DNA of 64,000 nucleotides from Eledone cirrhosa (taxonomy: Eukaryota), in the NCBI GenBank assembly GCA_964016885.1, contig OZ024761.1, positions 7,626,001 through 7,690,000 of the forward strand, read 5' to 3'. The notes below the pieces were generated by a model. The model had not been told where the DNA came from. It worked only from the letters and a program-made list of their open reading frames with translations, and ran no database searches. The translations under genes were made by a program, and so were the position numbers. Positions 12,041 to 22,914 of this stretch are shown here, one piece after another; position 1 is the first letter of the stretch, and the number at the start of each line of letters is the position of its first letter.

Positions 12041-12772
12041 CCCTGTGATTGAACTAGAACACTTGTCATAACACACAGAGTGCCATCATCATCATCATCA
12101 TCATCAACGTTTAACGTCCGTGTTCCACGCTTGCATGGGTTTGGGCGGGGGTATTCCCACTTGAGGCAAGAGTGATTGTCTTGCTCGCATAGGACTGTCT
12201 GGCAGGTTTTCTACAGTTGGATGCCCTTCCTAACACCAACCACATTTACAGTGTGGGTCTGGGAGGTTTTTACCGTGTTGCCTACACGGCCACATTACAG
12301 CGTGGACTGTGTGTTTTTTTGTCGTGACACCTACACGATCTCATTTGTTTCGGCCTGGATGGTGTGGCACCAACATAACTTTACATAGAAGGGGGCGGTG
12401 TGGATGGGGTGGGGGTGGTGGGACGGGGGTGTATTTTGTTAGAGATGCCTGCTGGCTGTAGTAGGTTTTACTATGTATTTAGGTAAGGCGGGTCTTCTCT
12501 GTTACTGAGTACCGCCAAAGGTCTCGGTCCAGTGACATTGTCTTGGAGAGGTGTAAGTGTGTGAGGTCGGAGTTTATCAGCTCGTCCCAGGTTTTTCTAG
12601 GTCTGCCTATTCCGTGGCTACCGTCTATCTTTATTGCCCTGCACTTTGTTATACAGCTATCGACTTTCATGCGCATCACATGTCCATACCAACGTAGCCT
12701 TCTCTCGAGTAAACAACATCTGCCAGTATATATATATATATATACAATATATTAACAAATGGAAACTATATT

Positions 12773-12837
12773 TATTTCATTATAGATATTTCAAGGACAC
12801 CAAGTTAAATTATGGTGTGCTTTCATCAGATAAAATA
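12773..12837 (-). ncRNA. Type I hammerhead ribozyme motif in palindrome 12749-13098
   Basis: Minus strand reads tattttat CTGATGA aag-c-acacca taatttaact tggtgt-c-ctt GAAA tatcta TA atgaaata, with an 8-bp stem I. The mirror copy on + has a TTGATGA core (13004-13010). Confidence 0.75.
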
Positions 12838-13200
12838 TAATATAGAGCAGTTTATAAATAAATATTGAAATACCCTTAAAGAATGCAACCATTACTGTTG
12901 GAAGCTCCCGGATAGTGTATCCGGGAGCTTCCAACAGTAATGGTTGCATTCTTTAAGGGTATTTCAATATTTATTTATAAAACTGCTCTATATTATATTT
13001 TATTTGATGAAAGCACACCATAATTTAACTTGGTGTCCTTGAAATATCTATAATGAAATAAATATGGTTTTATAAATATAGTTTCCATTTGTTAATATCG
13101 TATTTTTACTCCAATTATTTGTTGAGTGCTTTATATCAGTTATAAAAATATTTGCTTGTTGTATCCCAACAATTTAAATAGAACTTCTACATATATATAT

Positions 13201-13545
13201 GGAGGCACGTGGCTTAGTGGTTAGAGCATTGGCCTTGCAATCGAAAGGTTGTGAGTTCAATTCTCAGACCGGGTGATGTGTTGTTTCCTTGAGCAAGACA
13301 CTTTATTTCACATTGCTCCAGTTTACTCAGCTGTATAAATGAGATGATAGGGACTGGGTTCCCTATCATTCCACAGCAAAGTGGTCGTGGTGGTGCCATG
13401 GCAAAAAAGCACCCAGCACTCACTGTAAATTAGGTTAGTGTTAGGAAGGGCATCCAGCTGTAGAAATCAAGCCAGAATCAGTTCCCGTCCCACCCTTGCA
13501 AGCAGGGAAAATCGGACGTAAAATGAAATGATGATGATGATGATA
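13201..13545 (+). mobile_element. tRNA-head, RTE-tail SINE, family A
   Basis: A-box tggcttagtgg, B-box gagttcaattc, RTE-type 3' end cggacgtaaaatga(atg)n. Further copies at 22270-22546(-), 32126-32470(+), 48817-49165(+), 49808-50363(-), 60074-60422(-) and 60441-60779(+). Confidence 0.9.
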
Positions 13546-13680
13546 TATATATATTCAACATTCAGAGATGGATGAGTTGCATAACGTTGAGTGCTTTCAT
13601 AATATTACATCGAGATTTATTTTGAGGAAAGACCAATTCTACCCAGTGGTGAACCACCAAACTTAATCGTATGTATATGT

Positions 13681-15463
13681 ATCATCATCATCACCGTTTT
13701 ATGTCCGTTCTTCCACGCTAGCATGGGTTAGACGGGTTGTCCTGTTGTGGGCAGTGTCTGGTCGGCTGACCATGCCTTGCTCATACAGGAACTGATTTGG
13801 CTTGATTTCTACAGCTGGATGCCCTTCCTAACACCAACCTCATTTACAGTGAGTGCTGGGTGCTTTTTCGTGGCGCCTACACGTCTACTTTACAGTGTGG
13901 GCTGGGTGCTTTTTTTACCGTGGCACCTCCACGACCACCTTGCGGTGGGGGGTGTGGGAGCATATTGTCTATATGCTTCAGCTTGTACCCATGGGAGGTC
14001 GGGTACTCTGTATTACTGTGTGACGCCAGAAGTCACGGTCGTGTGTCATTGTCTTTGAGAGGTGTAATTGGGTAAGGTCGGCTTTTATCACCTCATCCCA
14101 GGTCATCTTGGGTCTCCCCACTCCGCGGTTTCCATCAACTTCTAGTGCTCTGCACCTTTTTATGCAGCTGTCATCCTTCATACGCATCACATGTCCATAC
14201 CAGCGCAACCGCCTCTCCTGCACACAGCATTTGATTCCTCTTATGCTCAGTCTCTCTCTCAATTCATTTATGCTTTGTCGTTCACGTATATTATTGTTAC
14301 ACATCCATCGGAGCATGCAGGCTTCGTTTCTCTCTAATCTACGTAAGTCTTCCACCTTCAGCGCCCAGGTCTCGCTACCATGCAACATCGCTGTTCGGAT
14401 ACACGCATCATACAGTCTGCCTTTCATTCTGAGGGAGAAGCCTTTTGCAGCTAGCAGTGGTAGTAGTTCCCTAAACTTCTTCCATCCCGTTCTTACCCTA
14501 GTTATTGCACTTTCTGAACACCCACCTCCGTTGCTAATTCGGTCACCTAGGTAGCAGAAGCTGTCTACTGTTTCTACAGGGCCCTCCCAGAGATTGGTGG
14601 TACTTGTTTCCTGTGGCTGTTTGCTGTTTGCTGTCTCAGCACAGCTGCTGCATGTGAATCCTACATTCTTAATTAAGCTTCCTGAGATCCCGCTACATCT
14701 CTTGTGTACCCATTATTTGCATTTGGGGCAGAGAATGGAGTTCCTACCTACACCTTTCCTACATACTGAGCAAGGCCATTTCCCTGAGGGGATCTGGGTT
14801 CTGTTTTCTCGTCTACTTACAAGGACCTTAGTCTTTGTCATGTTGACTTTGAAACCCTTTCTTTCTAGTCCCTGCTTCCAGGTTTGGAATTTATTCTCTA
14901 GTTCTACCATAGATTTAGCTATGAGTGCGAGGTCATCAGCATACAGGAGCTCCCATGGGCATCCGGTCTTAAACTCCTCCGTTATTGCCTGCAGGACTAT
15001 GATGAACAGGAGAGGGCTAAGAACAGAGCCCTGGTGGACCCCAACCTGTACGCTAAATTCCTCGCTATACTCATTGCTAATCCTAACTTTGCTGACTGCT
15101 CCCCTATACATGGCTTGTACCGCTTTCACAAGCCATTCATCTACTCCTAGTTTTCTAAGAGCCCACCAGATTACAGCACGTGGAACTCTGTCAAAGGCTT
15201 TCTCAAGGTCGACAAATGCCAAGTAGAGTGGCTTACTTTTAGCTAGGTACTTTTCCTGTAATTGCCTCACAAGGAAGAGGGCATCAGTGGTGCCTCTTCC
15301 TGGTACAAACCCAAATTGCATCTCGTCTATTTTCACCCGGTCCCTAATCAGCTGTGCTATAACTCTTTCTGTTACTTTCATGACCTGGTCCATCAACTTT
15401 ATACCTCTATAGTTTCCTCTATCTAGTGCATCGCCTTTACCTTTGTAGCAGTTGACAATGATG
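13681..15463 (-). mobile_element. 5'-truncated RTE LINE (RT, Cys-rich finger, C-terminus, 3' UTR)
   Basis: ORFs 14713-15396 (QFGFVPGRGTTDA, FVDLEKAFDRV, GVHQGSVLSP, LYADD) and 13978-14427; nearly identical to the copy at 22915-25860. Confidence 0.95.
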
Positions 15464-15611
15464 TATGTGTATATATATATATATATATATAGTTATACTT
15501 TGGGAGGGTCAGGCTACCAATAAAAACACACACACCTTGGTTTTAACTTAAATTTATTATAAATTTCCGGTTGGTTGATTGGTTTGATAACTGGAAGGTT
15601 GTTTATATATT

Positions 15612-15654
15612 GTCAAAGCTCTTTCGTCACACATTCTATGACCTCCTCAGTGAC
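15612..15654 (-). ncRNA. Minimal hammerhead ribozyme motif in a short TA-flanked element
   Basis: Minus strand reads gtca CTGAGGA g gtcata gaatg tgtgac GAAA gagc TT tgac; stem I gtca/tgac, stem II 6 bp. Confidence 0.6.
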
Positions 15655-15974
15655 TAGGTTTTTATTTTGTGTCTCTCCTTTATTCTGTCCTACACCATCT
15701 TATATATATATATAGAATGGAAAACAAAAAATCAGTGATGCATCGAAACTCAATTTATTGTGCATTACAATTGTTTCCCCAGCGAACAGCTCGAGGTGCG
15801 ATCCATGTGTGGATATATCTGACTCTAGACTCGCAGGTTCCTCGGACACGTCTATCCTCTCTCTGGGGTTTTCTGGCCCTACAAGCCTATATCGTCCACC
15901 TTCATCCGCTTTGCGCGTCCTTGTGTTGGTCACTGGTTAGTGACGTCATATATATATATATATATATATATATA

Positions 15975-16167
15975 ACAAAGGAAATGTGGTAAGGAACCAG
16001 GTGGACCATAACGCACCAAAGTAGTCAATACTTAGGGTAGTAGAGTGGGTAATAGGAACGAGTAAGACCCCGACGGCTGAGCTCAAGCCGTTTCGACGGC
16101 TAATTCTGGACTGAATTAGCCGTCGAAACGGCTTGAGCTCAGCCGTCGGGGTCTTACTCGTTCCTAT
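15975..16167. mobile_element. Fold-back element carrying the 3' half of a hammerhead (GAAA-stem III-GUC)
   Basis: Perfect palindrome 16052-16167 with loop tggact (16107-16112); each arm has GAAAcggct..agccgTC. A related copy lies at 41622-41752 in the opposite orientation. Both are flanked by (TA)n. Confidence 0.6.
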
Positions 16168-16889
16168 ATATATATATATATATATATATAATTGTTTCTA
16201 CTTTTGGCACAAGGCCAGCAATTACCCAATGCATTACTGGTACTTTATTCTATCGACCCCGGAAGGATGAAAGGCAAAGTTAACCTCGCCGGGATTTGAA
16301 CTCAGATATATATATATATATATATAATGAATGGTATTAATGGTGGTTGTTAGATATAATAACCTGGTTATTAGATGAAATAACAAGAATGGCTGATTTA
16401 CTTTATATATAAAAAGGTTTACTTCACTTCAGTCAAAAAGAATAATAAACAAGTTACTACGAGTTGAGAAGGTTGACAATGTTATTTTGTTGTTGGTTCA
16501 TGAGGCTGGTGTAGTCTGAGACCAGGAGAGAGAGAATAATGGTCTGTGGTTGTCTGTAGTGGGGATCGCCCACGCATGAACCTGTCCACATCGAAAAGGA
16601 CGGTGACCTAGAATTTGAGTTTTAGGTGTCACCCAGGGTTCAAGGCGTGGACAGATTTCGCTACATATATATGGACAATGTAAATAAACAGATTATGGCT
16701 CCCTCACAATGATAAATTACATTAATAGCGGTCCTTTACGCTCTGAGTTCAAAACCCGCCGGGATTAGCATTGCTTTTCATCCTTACGGGGTCAGTAAAA
16801 TAAAGTACCAGTAACGTACTGGAGTCGATTTTATCGATTTCCCCTCTCCCCGAAAAGGTTGCCCTTGTGCCTAAATTAGAAAACATTAT

Positions 16890-17314
16890 GGCACTACCAT
16901 GCTATTAGCTGTCAGAAGTGAAAGTTTCGTCAACTTTCTCAATGGTTATCAATTTCATGTATAGGGTTGGTGAAAAAAATTTGATAACCATATATTTGTT
17001 TTCTAATTTGACCCTTTTAAGGGCCACCTATATTTTCATTTAAGTTAACTCCACTGTTGGTGAAAATGACTTGTTTTCTACATTGATAACCATGACTATG
17101 AAAATATAAATGATTAAATCCAATTTATTTGATAACTATGACTTGTTTTCTAATTTGGCCCTTAAAAGGGCCACCTATATTTTCATTTAAGTAACTCCAC
17201 TTACATCGATATGCTTTATTAAAATAACGGGTGGTAATACGGAAATAAACGATGTTTACGATTGAGAAGGTTGACGAAACTTTCACTTCTGACAGCTAAT
17301 AGCATGGTAGTGCC
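16890..17314. mobile_element. MITE with ~50-bp TIRs and 8-bp TSD (Merlin-like)
   Basis: TIR GGCACTACCATGCTATTAGCTGTCAGAAGTGAAAGTTTCGTCAAC at both ends; TSD AACATTAT at 16882-16889 and 17315-17322. GG-starting TIRs with an 8-bp TSD fit Merlin. Confidence 0.8.
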
Positions 17315-17584
17315 AACATTATTTATCGTTTTAAACATTTCCTCTCAGATCCCATAAACATAATATCACCACGCAGAAAACATTATAGAAAATTATAAAA
17401 TAAAAAAAAATTAAGAGGACTTATATACAAGAGTAAAAAGTATTTTCTCCTTTAAAAAAAATGAAAAATATATATTATTTCAAAACATCTCAATTAATTA
17501 ATTCATGTATTTTTGTAATTCTTGTTAATTAGTGCAAGAATTGTTTAAGAATATTATCCAATCGAAAGAAAGAAATTTCTTCGT

Positions 17585-17593
17585 ACCGGAAGT
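17585..17593 (+). promoter_or_regulatory. ETS-type motif ACCGGAAGT just upstream of the NCBP3 start codon
   Basis: Perfect ETS/GABP consensus ending 24 nt before the ATG; such sites are common at housekeeping-gene starts. Confidence 0.45.
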
Positions 17594-17617
17594 TTGGGTT
17601 TTGAACGTGATAGAACT

Positions 17618-17803
17618 ATGGCGGAAAGTAGTAAACAGAAATTACCAAATTTAAAGATTTGTATTGATAACAACGAAGGCAGCGACAATGAAGACATTTT
17701 ATTTAGTGATAAAGATGATTATTCGTTTATAGACGAACCTTATTCACACAGAGTTGAATTTAGTGTTCGTCTTAACGAAAATAACGAAGCCAAGAAATTT
17801 GAG
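17618..17803 (+). CDS. NCBP3: NCBP3 exon 1 (MAESSKQKLPNLKICIDN...EAKKFE)
   Basis: ATG in actATGg context; GAG|gtgagt donor; phase 0 joins exon 2. Confidence 0.85.
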
Positions 17804-17874
17804 GTGAGTTAATAATAACTTGTTTGGCATGTAATCATATCTTCTAAAACTTCTCCAGACTTTTTTTCCCGAAT

Positions 17875-18115
17875 AGGCTATGTAGCCGGTAAACCCTAAG
17901 GGATGCAGCGTTTACCAGCCTCTTCCTTCTGTTATCTGTATCTGTTAATGTATTTACGTGGAGATATGTGTGTATGTAACTAAAGTGTGACGTACGTTAC
18001 CAATGGACGGCTAAATGATTTTAACTTGTTTTTTTAACAATTGATGGAAAAGATTTCAAATTGTCTCGGGCCGCAAATCATGGTGTCTGACACACTCTTA
18101 CCGGCTACGTAGCCT
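17875..18115. mobile_element. Small MITE-like element with 18-bp inverted termini
   Basis: aggctatgtagccggtaa ... ttaccggctacgtagcct; no clear TSD. Confidence 0.5.
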
Positions 18116-19638
18116 CTTTCTTGTTATATTATCTTCTTATTCTTGATAGGGTCGTGTGGAGGACAGTGTCTTCAAACACTCCTTCCAGGGGGCCATGTCA
18201 GAAACAACCCTCTCCAACTGGTCCGGCTTTATCCCCAAATGAGACCAGCCAAGCTCTTTCATTTTCGAAATATTCTTCCAACTTTGATAAGACGTAATTC
18301 TAGCCAGCTTTCATTTTCACTTCTCGAAAATGATAGTTTTATGTTAAAATATTAAAGTTGCGAAATTTGACAGAATTTCACCGAAAATCTTCATAACATT
18401 GTTATTACATTATATGTCAGTCCTCAATATTCATATTCAATGTTAAGCAATTTCGACATTTAAAAACAAAAGTAAATTTTTAACATGCCATTGAAATATA
18501 TTTAAACCGGCCATATCCGCGCAGAATTCTCTCACCTCTTTCTGCTCAAACCGTCTGTAATCAGCTGCTCATGCTGATGTTAAGGTATCTTATAGATTAG
18601 ATATTAAGCCTTTACCATGGAAATATAATAGTAAATATAGAGTAATGTATATACTATTGTCCATATCTATATCATGAACACTATCTACGTACCTGTCTAA
18701 CTCTAGCTTCTAATAAACATAAGATAGACGTATGTTCTAACTAGTCTATATATAAATTGCATGTAAAGTGGACAAGTGTAGCAAGTATACTCAATGTTTT
18801 AAGAATATTATTTACATGAGTTCAAATCCCGCCGAGGTTCACTTTGCCTTTCATCCTTACGGGGTCGATAAAATAAAGTACCAGTAATGCACTGGGTAAT
18901 TGCTGGCCTTGTGCCAAAAGTAGAAACAATTATTTACATTTGGTGGATTGCTAGTATAGGTAGAGCGTTGGACAACATGCTTCGCGGCACAGAGTTCTGA
19001 GTTAAAATCCTGCCGAGGTTATAGCTTTGCCTTTCATCCTTACGAGGTCGATAAAATAAAGTACCAGTCACTCATTGGGGTTGACTTAATCGACCCCCCC
19101 ATTGCTGGCCTTGTGCCTATATAAGAAACCATTATTATACACATTGTACGGATGAAAAGCAAAGCTAATTGCACCGAGGTTAGCTTTGCCTTTCATCCAG
19201 ATGGAGGTTGAATGTAATAAATTACCAGTAATGCACTCGGGTTAATCGACTTTCCTCCCTCCTCCTCCTAAACTGTTCGCCTTGTACCTAAATCAGAAAC
19301 CATTACCGGGGTTAGCTTTGCCTTTCATCCTTACAGGAGTTGATAAAACAAAGTACCAGTAACGCATTGGGGTTGATTTAATCGACTTTCCCTCCCCTCA
19401 CAAAAAAAAAAAATTGTTGGCCTTGTGCCTAAATCAAAAATCATTATGTGCATTGTAACTTCACTGAAGACTATGTTGTCAGATTCACACGTGAATCACT
19501 TATAGTAATAACGCTGACTTTCCTTTAACCCAGTGATTCCCAGGAGGCAATTTGAATATCTAAGGGGTCCATTTGAAAATGATGTTAATGAGAGCAAACC
19601 TCGAGTTTTACTTTATTACTTTTACACCAAGGCAACTT

Positions 19639-20990
19639 TGGTACACATTACTGTCAGAAACTCCTGTCTCACCTCCTCCACATGTTATTGTGTATCTGGC
19701 ACCACCTATATGGTACATATTACTGTCAGAAACTCCTGTCTCACCTCCTCCACATGTTATTGTGTATCTGGCACCACCTATATGGTAGACATTACTGTCA
19801 GAAACTCCTGTCTCACCTCCTCCACATGTTATTGTGTATCTGGCACCACCTATATGGTACATATTACTGTCAGAAACTCCTGTCTCACCTCCTCCACATG
19901 TTATTGTGTATCTGGCACCACCTATATGGTAGACATTACTGTCAGAAACTCCTGTCTCACCTCCTCCACATGTTATTGTGTATCTGGCACCACCTATATG
20001 GTACACATTACTGTCAGAAACTCCTGTCTCACCTCCACCACATGTTATTGTGTATCTGGCACCACCTATATGGTACACATTACTGTCAGAAACTCCTGTC
20101 TCACCTCCTCCACATGTTATTGTGTATCTGGCACCACCTATATGGTACACATTACTGTCAGAAACTCCTGTCTCACCTCCTCCACATGTTATTGTGTATC
20201 TGGCACCACCTATATGGTACACATTACTGTCAGAAACTCCTGTCTCATCGGTAGAGGGTCGGACGCCATGCTTTGCAGCATAGTTACGTCCCTTTACGAT
20301 CTGAGTTCAAATCCCGCCGAGGTTGACTTTGCCTTTCATCCTTACGGGGTCGATAAAATAAAGTACCAGTAATGCACTGGATAATTGCTGGCCTTGTGCC
20401 TAAAGTAGAAACAATTATTGTCAGAAACTCCTGTCTCACCTCCTCCACATGTTATTGTGTATCTGGCACCACCTATATGGTAGACATTATTGTCAGAAAC
20501 TCCTGTCTCACCTCCTCCACATGTTATTGTGTATCTGGCACCACCTATATGGTACACATTATTGTCAGAAACTCCTGTCTCACCTCCTCCACATGTTATT
20601 GTGTACCTGGCACCACCTATATGGTACACATTACTGTCAGAAACTCCTGTCTCACCTCCTCCACATGTTATTGTGTATCTGGCACCACCTATATGGTAGA
20701 CATTATTGTCAGAAACTCCTGTCTCACCTCCTCCACATGTTATTGTGTATCTGGCACCACCTATATGGTACACATTACTGTCAGAAACTCCTGTCTTACC
20801 TCCTCCACATGTTACTGTGTACCTGGCACCACCTATATGGTACACATTACTGTCAGAAACTCCTGTCTCACCTCCATCACATGTTATTGTGTATCTGGCA
20901 CCACCTATATGGTACACATTACTGTCAGAAACTCCTGTCTCACCTCCTCCACCACATGTTATTGTGTATCTGGCACCATCTATATGGTAG
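19639..20990. repeat. 72-bp minisatellite interrupted by a SINE (20248-20418)
   Basis: Unit tggtacacattactgtcagaaactcctgtctcacctcctccacatgttattgtgtatctggcaccacctata. The SINE is flanked by a 20-bp duplication tgtcagaaactcctgtctca. Confidence 0.95.
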
Positions 20991-22099
20991 TCTGAGAGAC
21001 AAAAGTTTGTTAGATAATAGGACAGTCTAATACAATAAAATTAATGGCCAAATGAACTATAGAGGAGAGGTGAGAAATTGAAGAAAAACTTACATTTCTG
21101 ATCAACAACAATTCGGCAGTAAAGTTAGATAAAATCTCTCTCTTTCTCTCTCTATATATAGTGTATATATGAGTTGTGATGACACTGGTGCCAAGCTGTA
21201 TCGGTCTTTGCCTTTCCCTTGGATAACATCAGTGTCATGGAGTGGAGAGATTGACATGCAGGGGTGATTGTTTGTCTTCCACAAAAGCCACCTTGTTCTG
21301 GCTTCTGCCTCAGGAAGAAGCATTGAAGGTACAAACCCATGGTCAGCCATGACTAAAAGGGTGGCCTCTCTCTCCCTTTTCCAACCTCTGCACTCTAGGA
21401 GGTACTTGTTTCAGCTCTTGATGCTTTTACATGAATTGGATACTCGGTGTTAAAAACACTGGCTTCTGTTTCTTATTTGTGTAATATTCTGAGTGTCTAT
21501 ATTAAGAAAGAGGTCAATGTTTTAGTTGAAGATATTTTATTTGTAATCCCCCATAATGGTTTCTAATTTAGACACAAAGCCATTAACTGGGGGAAACAGA
21601 AAGTCAATTATATCAACCTCAGTATTTAACCCACTAATAATTGTTTCTACTTTTGGCACAAGGCCAGCAATTACCCAGTGTATTACTGGTATTTTATTTT
21701 ATCGACCCCGTAAGGATGAAAGGCAAAGTAAACCTCGGCGGGATTTGAACTCAGAATGGAAAGGGCCGTAACTCTATGCGTCAAAGCATGGCGTCTGACC
21801 CTCTACCAATATTGCCAATCCTTTTAATAATATTGAAACTAATGGCTTCTGATTTAGACACAAGGCCAACAATTTTTGGGGGATGAGGAAGTCAGTTATA
21901 TCAACTTGTGAGCGTTACTGGTACTTTATTTTATCGTCCCCTTAAGGATAAAAGGCAAACTGGACCTCAGTGGGATTTGAACTCAGAACATAAAGAGACA
22001 TGCCTGAAAACATCTTGTCAGATGTTCTACCACTCCACCACACTAATAATAATAATAATGTAATGTTTAATATATATGTTTTCAACATTTCTTTTGTAG

Positions 22100-22159
22100 A
22101 GAAAGAAATATGAAAATAAAGATGGGAACTTTGTGACGGGCATCGACATCACAAAAAAG
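22100..22159 (+). CDS. NCBP3: NCBP3 exon 2 (RKKYENKDGNFVTGIDITKK)
   Basis: ttttgtag acceptor and gtatgt donor; matches the conserved NCBP3 motif RYENKAG.F.TGID.T. Confidence 0.92.
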
Positions 22160-22914
22160 GTATGTTATTAGGTAGAATTGGTCTTTCCTCAAAATAAATC
22201 TTGATGTAATATTATGAAAGCACTCAACGATATGCAACTCATCCATCTCTGATGTTGAATATATATATATCATCATCATCATCATTTCATTTTACGTCCG
22301 ATTTTCCCTGCTTGCAAGGGTGGGACGGGAACTGATTCTGGCTTGATTTCTACAGCTGGATGCCCTTCCTAACACTAACCTAATTTACAGTGAGTGCTGG
22401 GTGCTTTTTTGCCGTGGCACCACCACGACCACTTTGCTGTGGAGTGATAGGGACCCCAGTCCTATCATCTCATTTCTACAGCTGAGTGAACTGGACCAAT
22501 GTGAAATAAAGTGTCTTGCTCAAGGAAACAACACATCACCCGGTCTGTTTTTAAATTGATTCCTATGGCTGGATGCCCTTCTTTATGCCAACCACATTAC
22601 AGTGTGTACTGGGAGCAGCACTACCACCTTATAGGGAGGATTGGGTGCTTTTTATTGTAGCACCAGCACTACTGCTTTGTAGGGTTGACTTGGTGTATTT
22701 TGTCATGACCCCAGCCTTACAGGGTGGTCTATATGCTTTATGTCATAGCACCAACATTACCACCTTACAGGATGGACTGGGTGCTGAATTAAATGCAAGA
22801 ATTGCAGGAGCTGGTCTAGTAATGTGCCAACTTCAGCATTTCATAATCAGAAGAAGAGATGTAGGTGTAAAAGCCAAACTCACTATCTTCAATTCAGTGT
22901 TCATGCTTACCCTT

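Noticed and set aside
13201-13275. tRNA genes at SINE heads
   Set aside because: A and B boxes are present, but each continues into a SINE body and RTE tail without a proper acceptor stem.
15850-15915. Hammerhead candidate cggatgaagg..ccagaaa on the minus strand
   Set aside because: Core mismatch and poor stems; cannot be supported without a family consensus.
16555-16665. Possible solo LTR (TGTAG...CTACA)
   Set aside because: Only about 110 bp, with no TSD, primer-binding site or second copy visible.
17199-17204. Minus-strand gtaagt donor suggesting a divergent gene
   Set aside because: It lies inside the MITE, and I found no minus-strand coding exons upstream.
19533-21030. Cys/His-rich repeat proteins
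   Set aside because: The 72-bp unit is open in several frames on both strands, is intronic and has no splice support.
22573-22914. N-terminal 114 aa of the 921-aa ORF as a real extension
   Set aside because: It is chance read-through across SINE-like repeat DNA and an older LINE remnant (ELNARI..KAKLTIFNSVF). The young RTE begins near 22915.
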